Assembly (NCBI GenBank): GCA_015492245.1
Contig: WGFM01000012.1
Location: 126,206-190,205 of the forward strand
Direction: 5' to 3'
DNA length: 64,000 bases
Origin: Deltaproteobacteria bacterium
Lineage (GTDB): Bacteria; Desulfobacterota; GWC2-55-46; DRQE01
Position 1 is the first letter of the stretch. Every line of letters starts with the position of its first letter. Shown in pieces: positions 38,500 through 49,200 of the stretch. The translations under genes and the position numbers were made by a program. Below the pieces are notes generated by a model that saw only the letters and a program-made list of their open reading frames with translations, was not told where the DNA came from and searched no databases.

Positions 38500-40437
38500 C
38501 TAATGTACCCTTCCTATCCGCAGTGCATTCAGTATGACTGCAAGGCTCAATCCCATGTCTCCCACGGCAACGGCGAGCCACAGCGTAACTATGCCAGGGA
38601 AGGCGAGGATCGCAAAGGAGCCCTTTATGGAGATGGAGGCAAGGATGTTCTGCTTTACAACGGCCATGGTCCTCTGGCTCAATCTTATAAGGTAGCTCAC
38701 CTTTGTGAGGTCATCTTCCATGAGCACCACATCTGCCGTATTTATGGCCACATCAGAACCTATCGCCCCCATGGCTATACCCACATGTGCCCTTGCAAGG
38801 GCAGGTGCATCGTTTACTCCATCGCCTACCATCACCACATGTTCCTCTCTTTCAAGAAGTTCCTCTATCGTGGTTACCTTGTCTTCTGGAAGTAGTTCCG
38901 CATAGTACTCATCGAGCGAGAGCCTTCGGGCTATGGCATGGGCAACCCGCTCGTTGTCTCCTGTGAGCATAACGGTCTTTATACCCTTCTTCTTGAGTCT
39001 GTTTATCACATCGAAGGCAGCAGGCCTTACTCTGTCCATGAGGGCTATTATGCCTATACACTCTCTGCTGTCGCCCACGAGCACCACGGTCTTGCCTTCC
39101 TCTTCCAGTTCCTCCAGCATCTTTTCTGGAAACGCTATCTTCTCTTCGTTGAAGAAACTGCGGTTTCCGACATAGAATGTGCCGCCTTCGAGTTCAGCGG
39201 TAAGCCCCTTGCCTGTTACAGAGCGGAAGTTGCTGACACTTACAGGCCTTATGCCCTCCTCTTTTGCCCTCGACACAATGGCATCTGCAAGCGGATGCTT
39301 GCTTCTTGCCTCAAGAGAGGCTGCTATCTCGAGCACCCTGTCTCTGGAATAGCCATCGAGGGCTATAACATCTGTAACCCCAGGGCTACCCTCTGTGAGT
39401 GTGCCTGTCTTGTCGAAGACCACCACCCTGGCCTTTCTCAGCTCCTCAAGATATGTCCCCCCCTTTATGAGAACCCCGCACCTTGCAGCAGATGTTATGC
39501 CAGATACCATGGAGACAGGTGTTGATATTGCCAGTGCACAGGGGCATGCCACAACGAGCAACACCAGCGCCCTGTAGAGCCATTCACTGAAGGGAAGTCC
39601 CCACAGAAGTGGCGGCAGACTCATAACGAGGAAGGCAAGCCCCACCACCACAGGGGTGTAGTAGCGTGCGAACCTGTCTATGAACGCCTCTGTGGGAGAC
39701 TTTTCCTTCTCGGCCTCCTCCACTATCTTTATTATCTTGGACAGCGTGGTCTCATCAGACCTTTTCGTTACCCTTACCTCGAGATAGCCCTCCTCGTTCA
39801 TGGTGCCTGCGAACACCTCGCTTCCTTCGACCTTGACCACCGGCATGCTCTCGCCTGTGATGGGCGCCTGGTTCACCGATGATGTGCCGTGGACCACGAT
39901 GCCATCAAGGGGTATCCTGTCGCCTGGTTTTACCACGACAATATCATCAGGGCTTACCTGGTGGACATGGACCACCACCTCTCTGCCGTCCTTTTTGAGT
40001 GTTGCTGTCTCAGGGGCAAGGCTCAGGAGTTCTGCTACAGACCTTCTTGCCCTCTCTGCTGCATAGTCCTCAAGGAGTTCTGCTATGTAGAAGAGAAATA
40101 TAACGGCTGCCCCCTCCTCGCCATGGCCTATCAGGAATGCACCTGCTGCTGCAATGGTCATAAGGAAGTTCATGTCCAGCCTTCTGCGCCATAGAGAAAG
40201 CATGCCCTTCCTCATGATGCCATGGCCTGCGATGAGCACTACGAGCAGAAACAGTGCCTGCGAAAGCCATATGTAGGGGGTGAAGAGCTCAAGGTACAGC
40301 CCTATGGCGAATACCACGCCAGAGGTGGCTACTATAACCATGCCCTTCTGCTTCCACCGTGGGTCCTTTAATGTAAGCCCCTCTTCTCCACAGGTGGTGC
40401 ATAGTTCACCTGAAATATGTTCATCCCTTTTTGCCAT
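38500..40437 (-). CDS. heavy-metal (Zn/Cd/Co-type) P1B ATPase
   Basis: 'CPC' ('VACPCALAISTP'), 'DKTGTLT', 'GDGVNDAP' and 'TGES.PV.K'. There is an N-terminal 'CTTCGEE' but no classical HMA domain. I prefer the start at 'MAKRDEH' (40437) over track 40506. Confidence 0.88.
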   Translation of the reverse strand: MAKRDEHISGELCTTCGEEGLTLKDPRWKQKGMVIVATSGVVFAIGLYLELFTPYIWLSQALFLLVVLIAGHGIMRKGMLSLWRRRLDMNFLMTIAAAGAFLIGHGEEGAAVIFLFYIAELLEDYAAERARRSVAELLSLAPETATLKKDGREVVVHVHQVSPDDIVVVKPGDRIPLDGIVVHGTSSVNQAPITGESMPVVKVEGSEVFAGTMNEEGYLEVRVTKRSDETTLSKIIKIVEEAEKEKSPTEAFIDRFARYYTPVVVGLAFLVMSLPPLLWGLPFSEWLYRALVLLVVACPCALAISTPVSMVSGITSAARCGVLIKGGTYLEELRKARVVVFDKTGTLTEGSPGVTDVIALDGYSRDRVLEIAASLEARSKHPLADAIVSRAKEEGIRPVSVSNFRSVTGKGLTAELEGGTFYVGNRSFFNEEKIAFPEKMLEELEEEGKTVVLVGDSRECIGIIALMDRVRPAAFDVINRLKKKGIKTVMLTGDNERVAHAIARRLSLDEYYAELLPEDKVTTIEELLEREEHVVMVGDGVNDAPALARAHVGIAMGAIGSDVAINTADVVLMEDDLTKVSYLIRLSQRTMAVVKQNILASISIKGSFAILAFPGIVTLWLAVAVGDMGLSLAVILNALRIGRVH

Positions 40438-40528
40438 CACGCGTCTTCGTAACCCTTGTTCATGTAATAACCTTTTAACATAATACCACAAAATAATAAA
40501 ATACAATTGATACTTTTAGCAAGTGCTT

Positions 40529-40547
40529 AGATTATCATTGATAATCT
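40529..40547. promoter_or_regulatory. perfect 19-bp palindrome AGATTATCA-T-TGATAATCT (Fur-family-like GATAAT hexamers)
   Basis: Read directly from the sequence. It lies in the divergent intergenic region between the P1B ATPase (minus strand) and the GT4 gene (plus strand). Confidence 0.4.
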
Positions 40548-40622
40548 TTTATTTTCAAAAGCCATATGTTAAGATTTTATGGCCTCTTCGGATAGAGTCT
40601 CTGGATTCTTTTAGGAGGGTTT

Positions 40623-41762
40623 GTGGTGCCGCATACATCTCCTTTCAGGTCTTTAAGGGTCTGTTATTGTATAGGCAAACTCAGGTTCAGCGGTGGGGTA
40701 AAGGTCCTATTTCAGCATGTGAGGATTTTAAGGTCTCTGGGATGTGATGCCAGCCTTTTTACAAAGAGTTACAGCGGCCTGGAGGAACTCTATGGCATAA
40801 AGGCACAGATGGTGGAGCGGTTCGACCACAAAAGCCTCGGTAATCCACAGATTGTAGTTGCAACGGTGCCAGAGGATGTGAAAGAGGTGTGGAAGGAGTT
40901 TTCCCGTAGAGACACGAGGGTGGTTCATCTCATTCAGGGCATGTATCTTGCCAACATAGATTATGATATAAGGGAGTTTAAGAATATCCCCAAGTACAGG
41001 GATTCATGGATAAGATACCTTCTAAAAAGGCGTCATTACGAAAAAAAGAGAAAGTCTGTTGCCTCCCTTTATAGGCTCGATACCATCAAGGTAGCCGTCT
41101 CAGAGACAATAAAAGAGGAGGTGGAGAGCACTACCCGGAAGGAATGCCACCTTGTGCCTAACGGTGTAGATAGAACCATATTTTATCCCAGAGGAAAACC
41201 CATGTCTTTTGAGCCTGAAAATACTGTAAGGATTCTATCCACAGGGCCTGCAACTGTGAAGATAAAAGCTATAGAGGATGTGCTCTCTGCAGTCAGAATA
41301 CTTAAGTCGAAGGGACTAAAAGTAGGGCTTACGAGGGTCTCCTATACACCAGAGACAGAAGAGGAGAAACGAACCGGGGTTGTTGACGAATACCTTGAAA
41401 ATCTCACGGAGGAGGAGATGGCAGAAGTTTACATAAATTCCCATATATTAATGCTTCCATCTGTTGAAGGTGAGGGTTTTTCTCTACCACCTGTCGAGGC
41501 TATGAGCTGCGGGCTGCCATGTATACTTACAAAGATAGATACACACCTTGCGTATGACAGGATACGGGATTACGCATATTTTGTTCCTCCACACTCTCCA
41601 GCAGCTATGGCTGAGGCGGTTGAGAAGATCATAGGGGATGAAGCCCTGAGGAAGGGGCTTATAAAAGGGGGATTCAGAGTTGCAGAAAGGTACAGCCTTG
41701 AAGAGACGGGAAGAAGGCTTGATGACCTGTTTCGCAGACTTATCGATGCAGATACCCGATGA
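40623..41762 (+). CDS. GT4-family (GT-B fold) glycosyltransferase
   Basis: 'GG......H...L...G' N-terminal region and a C-terminal 'PS..EGF.LP..EAM.CG.P' E-x7-E-type motif. Confidence 0.75.
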   Translation: MVPHTSPFRSLRVCYCIGKLRFSGGVKVLFQHVRILRSLGCDASLFTKSYSGLEELYGIKAQMVERFDHKSLGNPQIVVATVPEDVKEVWKEFSRRDTRVVHLIQGMYLANIDYDIREFKNIPKYRDSWIRYLLKRRHYEKKRKSVASLYRLDTIKVAVSETIKEEVESTTRKECHLVPNGVDRTIFYPRGKPMSFEPENTVRILSTGPATVKIKAIEDVLSAVRILKSKGLKVGLTRVSYTPETEEEKRTGVVDEYLENLTEEEMAEVYINSHILMLPSVEGEGFSLPPVEAMSCGLPCILTKIDTHLAYDRIRDYAYFVPPHSPAAMAEAVEKIIGDEALRKGLIKGGFRVAERYSLEETGRRLDDLFRRLIDADTR

Positions 41763-41857
41763 GCCCATCACAGGCACCGGACGGGACCATGATGCTTGAC
41801 AACCTGTGAAAGGTTTAGTAACCTTAAGCTTTATTATATGATAGAGGAGCAATAGTC

Positions 41858-43069
41858 ATGGCAGATTTCTACCAGAGCAGACTCATAACCACCCTTCACC
41901 GCCTTGGACAGCCCAGCCTCGAAAGACTCGAGGCAGAGCTCGAGCTTTATTCCATGGTAACACCCATAGCACTTGTGCTTCCTGCCCTGTACAGCGATGT
42001 GCAGAGCGAGGCGATGAAGGGCATTGTGGAAGAACTCAAGAAGGCGAAGTTCATAAAAGAGATAGTCCTGAGCCTCGGGCCTGCAACAGATGAGGAGTTC
42101 AAGAGGGTAAGGGAGTTCCTCTCGGTGCTTCCCCAGGATGTAAGTGTTATACACAACAGCGGAAAGCGTATAGTGGAGATATACGGAATATTCGACAAGG
42201 AAGGGGTTGGTGCCGGCAAGGACGGCAAGGGCCGTTCTGCATGGCTTGCCTATGGATATGTGCTCGCAAGGGGCAAGTGCGAGGTGATAGCACTCCATGA
42301 CTGCGATATAAAGAGCTACTCGCGGGAGATGCTCGCAAGGTTGTGTTACCCGGTGGTCAATCCATCGCTGGACTTTGTCTTCTGCAAGGGCTACTATGCA
42401 AGGGTTACAAACAAGCTCCACGGCCGTGTAACACGGCTTTTCGTAACACCCCTTGTTAGGGCACTCGAGAAGATAATAGGCAACCATCCGTTCCTCGAGT
42501 TCATAGACAACTTTCGCTATCCGCTGGCAGGAGAGGTCTGTATGGTTACGGAGCTTGCAAGGGTAAACCGCATACCATGGGACTGGGGACTCGAGGTGGG
42601 TGTGCTCGCAGAGGTATACCGCAACTATTCTCCAAGAAGGGTCTGCCAGGTGGATATAGCAGAGAACTACGAGCACAAACACCAGCCCCTTTCCGAGCAA
42701 GACCCCTCCACAGGGCTTACCAAGATGTCCATAGACATAGCAAAGTCCCTCTTCAGGACCCTCGCCTCTGAGGGTATAGTGTTTTCGGACGGGTTCTTCA
42801 AGACCCTGGTCGTTACCTACCAGAAGCTTGCCGAGGACACCCTGGCCCGCTACGAGGGCGATGCCGCAATAAACGGGCTTGAGTTCGACCGTCATGCAGA
42901 AGCAAGAGCCGTGGATGCCTTCACCAGGGGTATAACCATAGCCGCAGAGACCATAGGCAATGACCCCCTGGGTGCCCCGCTCATACCAAACTGGAACAGG
43001 GTCATATCTGCAATACCTGGTATACTGGAAGGACTAAAAGAGGCAGTGGAAGAGGACAACAAGCTGTAG
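41858..43069 (+). CDS. GT-A glycosyltransferase resembling glucosyl-3-phosphoglycerate synthase
   Basis: The N-terminal 'DFYQ...ITTLHRL' and 'ALHDCDI' (DxD) recall the GpgS family as I remember it. This was not verified by search. Confidence 0.45.
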   Translation: MADFYQSRLITTLHRLGQPSLERLEAELELYSMVTPIALVLPALYSDVQSEAMKGIVEELKKAKFIKEIVLSLGPATDEEFKRVREFLSVLPQDVSVIHNSGKRIVEIYGIFDKEGVGAGKDGKGRSAWLAYGYVLARGKCEVIALHDCDIKSYSREMLARLCYPVVNPSLDFVFCKGYYARVTNKLHGRVTRLFVTPLVRALEKIIGNHPFLEFIDNFRYPLAGEVCMVTELARVNRIPWDWGLEVGVLAEVYRNYSPRRVCQVDIAENYEHKHQPLSEQDPSTGLTKMSIDIAKSLFRTLASEGIVFSDGFFKTLVVTYQKLAEDTLARYEGDAAINGLEFDRHAEARAVDAFTRGITIAAETIGNDPLGAPLIPNWNRVISAIPGILEGLKEAVEEDNKL

Positions 43070-43111
43070 CCCCACCAGAACCACCTGTACCGATAAACCA
43101 GCTCCAGACCA

Positions 43112-43144
43112 AAAACTGCAAACAGTTGTTTGCACCACAGTTTT
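43112..43144 (+). terminator. weak hairpin + T-run downstream of the GpgS-like gene
   Basis: TGCAAAC-AGTT-GTTTGCA stem-loop flanked by AAAAC...GTTTT. There is a bulge and only four Ts. Confidence 0.25.
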
Positions 43145-43194
43145 CCTGCTGCTACGGGCTTGACAGGAGGGAATGGGTGTGTCATATAAAGATA

Positions 43195-43208
43195 AGTAAG
43201 CACTTACT
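43195..43208. promoter_or_regulatory. AGTAAG-CA-CTTACT palindrome, candidate TetR operator
   Basis: A 6-2-6 inverted repeat about 25 nt upstream of the tetR-family start and downstream of TTGACA (43162-67). Confidence 0.3.
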
Positions 43209-43232
43209 AACTTCTTGTATGGAGAGCCTTGC

Positions 43233-43859
43233 ATGCCTGGAAGAAAGAAGAGGCGCTTTACAGGCCAGGAGAGAAGACGGCAGATAGTGGAGGTTGCGGA
43301 GGGGCTTTTCTCAAGGAAAGGCTTCAGGGGAACGACCACGCGGGAGGTTGCAAAGAGGGCCGGCATAAGCGAGGCCACCATATTCAAGCATTTTTCGGGA
43401 AAGGAGGACCTCTACAGGGCGATTATAAACCGTTGCTGTGATGATGCCGGTGGTGGTATAGCCTTCATAAGGAGGATAGAGGACAAAGAGGGGGTGGAGC
43501 TGTTTCGTGAGGTTGCCCGCTTCTTCATGGAGAAATACCGCGAGGACCCATCCTTTCCGAGGCTACTGATGTTCAGTGCCCTCGAGGAAAGGAACTTCTC
43601 TGACATATTCATAAGGTCAAAGGGCATGGACAGCCTGGACTATCTTTCCAGGAGGATAGAGGCCATGATGAAGAAGGGTCTGTTCAGAAAGGCGAACCCC
43701 ACGCTCTGTGCAAGGGCATTCCTGGGTATGGTCATGCATTACTGCATGTTCCAGGAGATATACGGGTTCAAGAGGTTCATGGACTTTCCACAGGAAGAGG
43801 TTATAGACACATTCGTTGAGATATTCCTGAAGGGCATGTCAAAACAGGGGGGAAGATGA
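43233..43859 (+). CDS. TetR/AcrR family transcriptional regulator
   Basis: HTH 'F..KGF.GTTTREVAKRAGISEATIFKHF..KEDLY'. The start was moved to 'MPGRKK'. Confidence 0.88.
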   Translation: MPGRKKRRFTGQERRRQIVEVAEGLFSRKGFRGTTTREVAKRAGISEATIFKHFSGKEDLYRAIINRCCDDAGGGIAFIRRIEDKEGVELFREVARFFMEKYREDPSFPRLLMFSALEERNFSDIFIRSKGMDSLDYLSRRIEAMMKKGLFRKANPTLCARAFLGMVMHYCMFQEIYGFKRFMDFPQEEVIDTFVEIFLKGMSKQGGR

Positions 43860-45160
43860 TGGGAAGAAGCGTTTTTCTGGTTGCCTCTCTATTGCTGGTA
43901 TTTTCCTCTACGCCTGTGTGGGCTGAAGAGCTCACCCTTTACAGGCTCTGGCAGATGGCCCTCAGAAACCACGAGGCCCCGGCCATAGCAGAAGAGGGGC
44001 TCAATCAGGCACGGTTCGATATAAAGAGGGCCTATTCCACACTCCTGCCCTCGCTTACGGTTGAGAGCACATACACCCGTTACTCAGAGGATAAGAGGGT
44101 CAGCGGTTTTCTGATCCAGCCCGAGGAGGCCATGAGGTTCGAGGCAAGGCTCTCGCAGACCATATACAACGGTGGCAAGGAGTGGTCTCTATTGAGGCAG
44201 GCCCGAAAGAGGCTTGAGGCCACAAGGTGGGCAGAAGAGGGCACGAAGGAGAGCCTGCTGCTTGATGTGGCCGGGGCGTTCTTCAACCTCCTGAAGGCAG
44301 AAAAGGAGGTGTCCATAAGAAAGGCATCTCTCAAGAGGGCAGAGGAGCACCTTAGGACCTCGAGGGCGCTCTTCAAGGTGGGCATTGCAACCAGGGTGGA
44401 GCTTCTCAGGGCCGAGACAGAGGTTGCAACCAAACAGACAGAGCTCATAGAGGCAGAGGCAGCGGTTACAGACGCACAGGCACTCCTCAGAAGGCTTACA
44501 GGATACAACGGCAAGCTCATGGTAAAAGAGCCCGGAGAGGATGTCCCACTTGTTGCCACGCCAGAAGAGTTGCTCGAGACGGCACTCAAGGAGAGGAAGG
44601 ACTACCAGCAAAAGCTCATGGAAGAGGAAATCGCAAAGGAAGGCATACGCTATGCAAAGGGAGAATTCCTGCCCACCCTCTCGATAGACGGTGTCTACAC
44701 ATGGAGAGACCAGAGCCCGCGCACAAGCTTCTTCATAGAGGATATACTCTATGGTGGCCTTACGGTGAAACTGCCGCTCTTTGAAGGCGGGCTGAGGATG
44801 GCAGGGCTCAAGAAGGCACGAAGTGTGCTGCGCCAGAGAGAGCTCGAAAGATACTCCCTCAAGAGAAACATAGAGCTCGATATAATAAGACTCCACAACG
44901 ATACGGAGAAGATAGCATCCCTGGTCAATGCCCTCCAGAAAAGGCTCGAGTTTGCAAGGGAGAACTACAGGATGGCACTGAAGCAGTACCGCCACGGTAT
45001 CATAGGCTCCACAGACCTTGTGGATGCAGAAACAGTGCTCGTGGATGCCGAGCTTTCGCTCATGAACGCAAGGCTCGATTACAGGTTTGCAATAATGAGG
45101 CTTAAAAGAAGCACAGGTACATTGCTCGAAGAGGCACTGAAGAAGATGCCAGAAGAATGA
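43856..45160 (+). CDS. TolC-family outer membrane efflux protein
   Basis: Signal peptide and two OEP repeats with coiled-coil content ('LP.L......Y.R', 'GG........A'). It is the first structural gene of the efflux operon. Confidence 0.85.
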   Translation: MMGRSVFLVASLLLVFSSTPVWAEELTLYRLWQMALRNHEAPAIAEEGLNQARFDIKRAYSTLLPSLTVESTYTRYSEDKRVSGFLIQPEEAMRFEARLSQTIYNGGKEWSLLRQARKRLEATRWAEEGTKESLLLDVAGAFFNLLKAEKEVSIRKASLKRAEEHLRTSRALFKVGIATRVELLRAETEVATKQTELIEAEAAVTDAQALLRRLTGYNGKLMVKEPGEDVPLVATPEELLETALKERKDYQQKLMEEEIAKEGIRYAKGEFLPTLSIDGVYTWRDQSPRTSFFIEDILYGGLTVKLPLFEGGLRMAGLKKARSVLRQRELERYSLKRNIELDIIRLHNDTEKIASLVNALQKRLEFARENYRMALKQYRHGIIGSTDLVDAETVLVDAELSLMNARLDYRFAIMRLKRSTGTLLEEALKKMPEE

Positions 45161-45190
45161 TGAAGAAAACACCAGTTTACGGAGCCGAAG

Positions 45191-46258
45191 ATGAAAAAGA
45201 TTATCTACTGTATGGTCGTATTGCTCATGCTCACCTCATGCACCAGAGAGGACAACGGAACACCCACAGCTGAGACAGAGAAGGCCTACATGGTAAGGGT
45301 TGTAAGGGCCATACCCCAGGATGTGCCAGCCACAGTGGAGCTTACAGCAACCCTTGAGGCAGACGAAGAGCTCACCATAAGCGCAGAGGTTGAGGGCACC
45401 ATAAGAAGAGTCCTCAGGGACGAAGGAGACAGGGCCAGAAAGGGTGAGCCCCTTGCCCTCATGGACGAGGCAGACTTCAGACTCCATATAGAAGAGAAAG
45501 AGGCAGAGCTTGAAAAGATAGGGGCAGAGCTTGGGTTTGCCCAGAAGGAGCTTGAAAGAAGAAAGAAGCTCTTCGAAGAGGGCATAGTATCGAGACAGGA
45601 ATACGAGAGGTTTCTCGTCCAGCGTGATAGCCTTGCCTCTTTGAAGAGGGCGGTGGAGAGTGCACTCCAGATAGAGAGAAGAAGGCTCGAGGATTCACGC
45701 ATCAAGGCACCCTTCGATGGCATAGTGGCAGAAAGATACATAACAGAGGGAAGCTATGTGAGAAAGGGCGACAGGCTCTTCAGGTTCCTGCGCATAGACC
45801 CCTTGAAGCTGATCATAAATGTGCCGGAAAGAAGGCTCAAGGAGGTAGAGCAGGGGCAGAAGGTGCTCATAAAGGTAGACCCCTACGGTAAGGAGTTTGA
45901 GGGCAAAATCTACTTTACAAGCCCCTATATAAACAGAAGCACCAAGACCTTCCTTGCAAAGGCCCTGGTGGAAAACACGGATGGGCTTCTGTATCCGGGT
46001 ATATCTGCAGATGTAACGATAATGACGGCCATGATAAAAGGTGGCTTCGTGGTGCCAGAGAAGGCGGTAATCTTCGATGAAGAGGGAGAAATCCTCTTTG
46101 TGGTGAAAGACGGTGTGGCAGAGAAGAGAAGGATTAAGACCGCAGGAAGATTCGAAGGAGAGGTGATAGTGGTGGAGGGAGTAAAGGATGGAGAGTTTAT
46201 TGTGGCAGACGGGGCATCGGCACTCACAGATGGTGCGAGGGTAAAGACAGTAGAGTAG
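45191..46258 (+). CDS. RND efflux periplasmic adaptor (membrane fusion protein)
   Basis: Lipobox 'LTSC', a coiled-coil hairpin, and a beta-barrel 'I.APFDG.V' motif. Confidence 0.88.
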   Translation: MKKIIYCMVVLLMLTSCTREDNGTPTAETEKAYMVRVVRAIPQDVPATVELTATLEADEELTISAEVEGTIRRVLRDEGDRARKGEPLALMDEADFRLHIEEKEAELEKIGAELGFAQKELERRKKLFEEGIVSRQEYERFLVQRDSLASLKRAVESALQIERRRLEDSRIKAPFDGIVAERYITEGSYVRKGDRLFRFLRIDPLKLIINVPERRLKEVEQGQKVLIKVDPYGKEFEGKIYFTSPYINRSTKTFLAKALVENTDGLLYPGISADVTIMTAMIKGGFVVPEKAVIFDEEGEILFVVKDGVAEKRRIKTAGRFEGEVIVVEGVKDGEFIVADGASALTDGARVKTVE

Positions 46259-46265
46259 GGAAGAT

Positions 46266-49200
46266 ATGTTTCTACCAGAATTCGCCATAAGAAGGCCTGT
46301 AACCACCTTCATGCTCATATGTGCCATAACGGTGTTTGGCATAACAGGGTTTCTGCGCCTCGGGGTGGACCAGTATCCAAGGGTGGAGTTTCCCGTGGTT
46401 ACAGTAATAACCCTCATGGAAGGCGCCAGCCCCGAGGTCATGGAAGAGACCATAACAGACATCATAGAGGAAGAGGTTGCCACCATAGAGGGTATAAGGA
46501 ACCTCTCGAGCATATCATCCCATGGTGCATCGGTAATCATAGTGGAGTTCGAGATGGAGAGGGATATAGATGTTGCAGCCCAGGATGTAAGAGACAAGGT
46601 GGGAGCCATATCAGACAAGATCCCCAAAGAGGCAGAAAGACCTGTGGTGGGAAAGCTCGATATTGCAGCCCAGCCCATAATATGGATAGCCGTATATGGG
46701 CAGAGACCCATAGTGGAGCTTACCAGCTATGCAGAGGATGTGCTCAAGCCCAGGATAGAGACCCTTAAGGGAGTGGGCTCTGTAATACTCGGTGGAAAGA
46801 GGGAGAGGACCATAAGGATATGGCTCGACAGGGCCAGGCTCGAGGCAAAGAATGTAAGTGTGGATGAGGTGATCTCGGCACTTAAAAGAGAGCATGTGGA
46901 GATACCAGGCGGGTGGCTCAAGAGCAGAGAGATTGAGTTCAGCATAAAGATAGCCGGTGAGTTCGAAAATGTCCCTGAGTTCAACGACCTCATCATAGCC
47001 TACCGTGATGGCTACCCCTTGAGGCTCCAGGATGTGGGCCATGTGGAAGACGGGCTCGAGGACAGACGAACCCTTGCAAGATACAGCGGTATGCCCGCAG
47101 TGGGTCTCGGCATAAGGAAAAAACCGGGGGCAAACACGGTGGAGCTTGCAGGGCTTGTAAGAGAAAGGCTTGAGGAGATAGAGCCGGAACTACCGGCAGG
47201 CATAAAGGCTGTGGTGGCATTCGATGCCTCGACATTCATAAAGGACAGCATGGAGGAGATGGAGTTCGCACTCCTTGTGGGTGGGGTGCTCGCAATGGTG
47301 GTGGTTTTCCTCTTTCTTAGAAACCTCTCGGCAACCATGATAACAGGTATAACCATACCGGTGGCCGTAACAGGGGCATTCGTGTTCATATACTTCATGG
47401 GCTTTACCCTCAACACCATGACGATGCTGGGCCTTACCCTTGCCATAGGACTCGTGATAGACGACGCCATAATAGTCATAGAGAGCATATATCGTAAAAG
47501 AGAGGAGGGGCTCGACGGCACCGGGGCTGCAAGATGGGGCACGCAGGAGATAGCATTTGCCGCAATGGCGGCAACCTTCTCTCTTGTGGCGGTCTTCACC
47601 CCCGTGGCATTCATGAAGGGTATCGTGGGCAGTTTCTTCTACGAGTTCGGACTCACCGTGGCGGTGGCGGTGCTCATATCCCTCTTTGTGGCACTTACAT
47701 TCACACCCATGGCATCGTCGAGATTCCTCAGGGAGACAAACAGAGAGTCAGCCTTCTATAGAAGCATGGATACACTGTACCGCTCCATGGAAACAATGTA
47801 TGTGAGGCTCCTTTCTGTTGCACTCTCACACAGGCTTTCTGTGATAATACTTGCAGCCCTGATATTCGCAGGGAGCCTTGTTCTGTGGAACTCTACAGGT
47901 AAGGAGTTCATACCAAGGCATGATCAGTCCCGCTTCATGGTGAGGTTCGAGACCCCGGTGGGCTCTTCCATAGACTATACAGACAGAAAGCTTGCAAGGG
48001 GCGAGGAGATCGTCAAGACCCTTCCAGAGGTGGATGGATTCTTCGGTGCCATAGGGATAGGAGAAAGCGCCAGCGTGCACAAGGGATTCATTTTCATAAG
48101 GCTTCTGCCAAAGTCCGAAAGGGAGAGGAGCCAGCACGAGATTATGTCCTATCTTCGAGAAAGGTTCAACCAGGAACCCGACATGAGGGCATTCGTTGAA
48201 CCCCTGGTGTTCGGCTTTGGTGCAAGAAGAGGGCCACCCCTCGAGTTCATTATAAAGGGGCCTTCAATAGATGGGCTTCACAGGTACTCACAGAGGATAG
48301 CCGATAGATTCTCCAGAATAGATGGCATAGTGGATGTGGACACGGACTTCGAGATGGGCCTGCCAGAGCTCAAGATAGACATAGACCGCAGGCGGGCAAG
48401 CGAGCTCGGTGTGGATACCACAACCATTGCCACCACCATTGGAACACTCATCGGTGGAAGGGATGTGGTAAAATACAGGGAGGGGGGAAAACAGTATGAT
48501 GTGAGGGTAAAGCTTGTGCCTTCCCAGAGGGATACCCCCGCAGACATAGGTAGGCTTTTCGTAAAGAACAGAGAAGGGGTGCCGGTAAAGCTCTCGAGCC
48601 TTGTCAGTATACTGGAGAGATCTTCCCCAAGTGTGATAAACCGCAGGGACAGGGAACGCAGTGTAACCATATTTGCAAACACCGTGGGTGAAAAGACCCT
48701 TGGCTCTGCCATAGAGGACATAAAGAAGATAGCAGAGGAGATCCTTCCAGAGGGCTACACCACACGGCTTGGCGGAAGGGCAGAGCTTATGGTGGAGAGC
48801 ATGGAGAGCATGCTCTTTGCCTTCTTCCTTGCAGTGCTCATAACATATATGGTGCTTGCCTCGCAGTTCGAAAGCTTCGTGCATCCCTTTACAGTCATGC
48901 TTGCCCTTCCCCTGAGCATGGTGGGGGCCCTGGGGTTACTGTGGGTTACAGGCAATACCATAAACATCTACAGCCTCATAGGTATAACACTCCTTGTGGG
49001 GCTTGTTACGAAGAACTCCATACTCCTTGTGGACTATGCAAACAGGCAGATAGCCGAGGGCACGCCACTCTACGAGGCCATAAAGAGGGCGGGCTCTGTA
49101 AGGTTACGGCCAATCCTTATGACCGCATTTTCCACCATATTCGGTGTGCTGCCCACTGCCATAGGGGTGGGCCCGGGAAGCGAGGTGAGGGCACCAATGG

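Noticed and set aside
38210-38500. A direct repeat of the tRNA 3' end, a tRNA fragment, or the small ORF 38349..38537 as the island boundary.
   Set aside because: 'GGGTATAACTCAGATGCGGT' vaguely resembles a tRNA 5' half, but no cloverleaf can be completed and there is no match to the tRNA-Met 3' end. The ORF has no RBS or motif.
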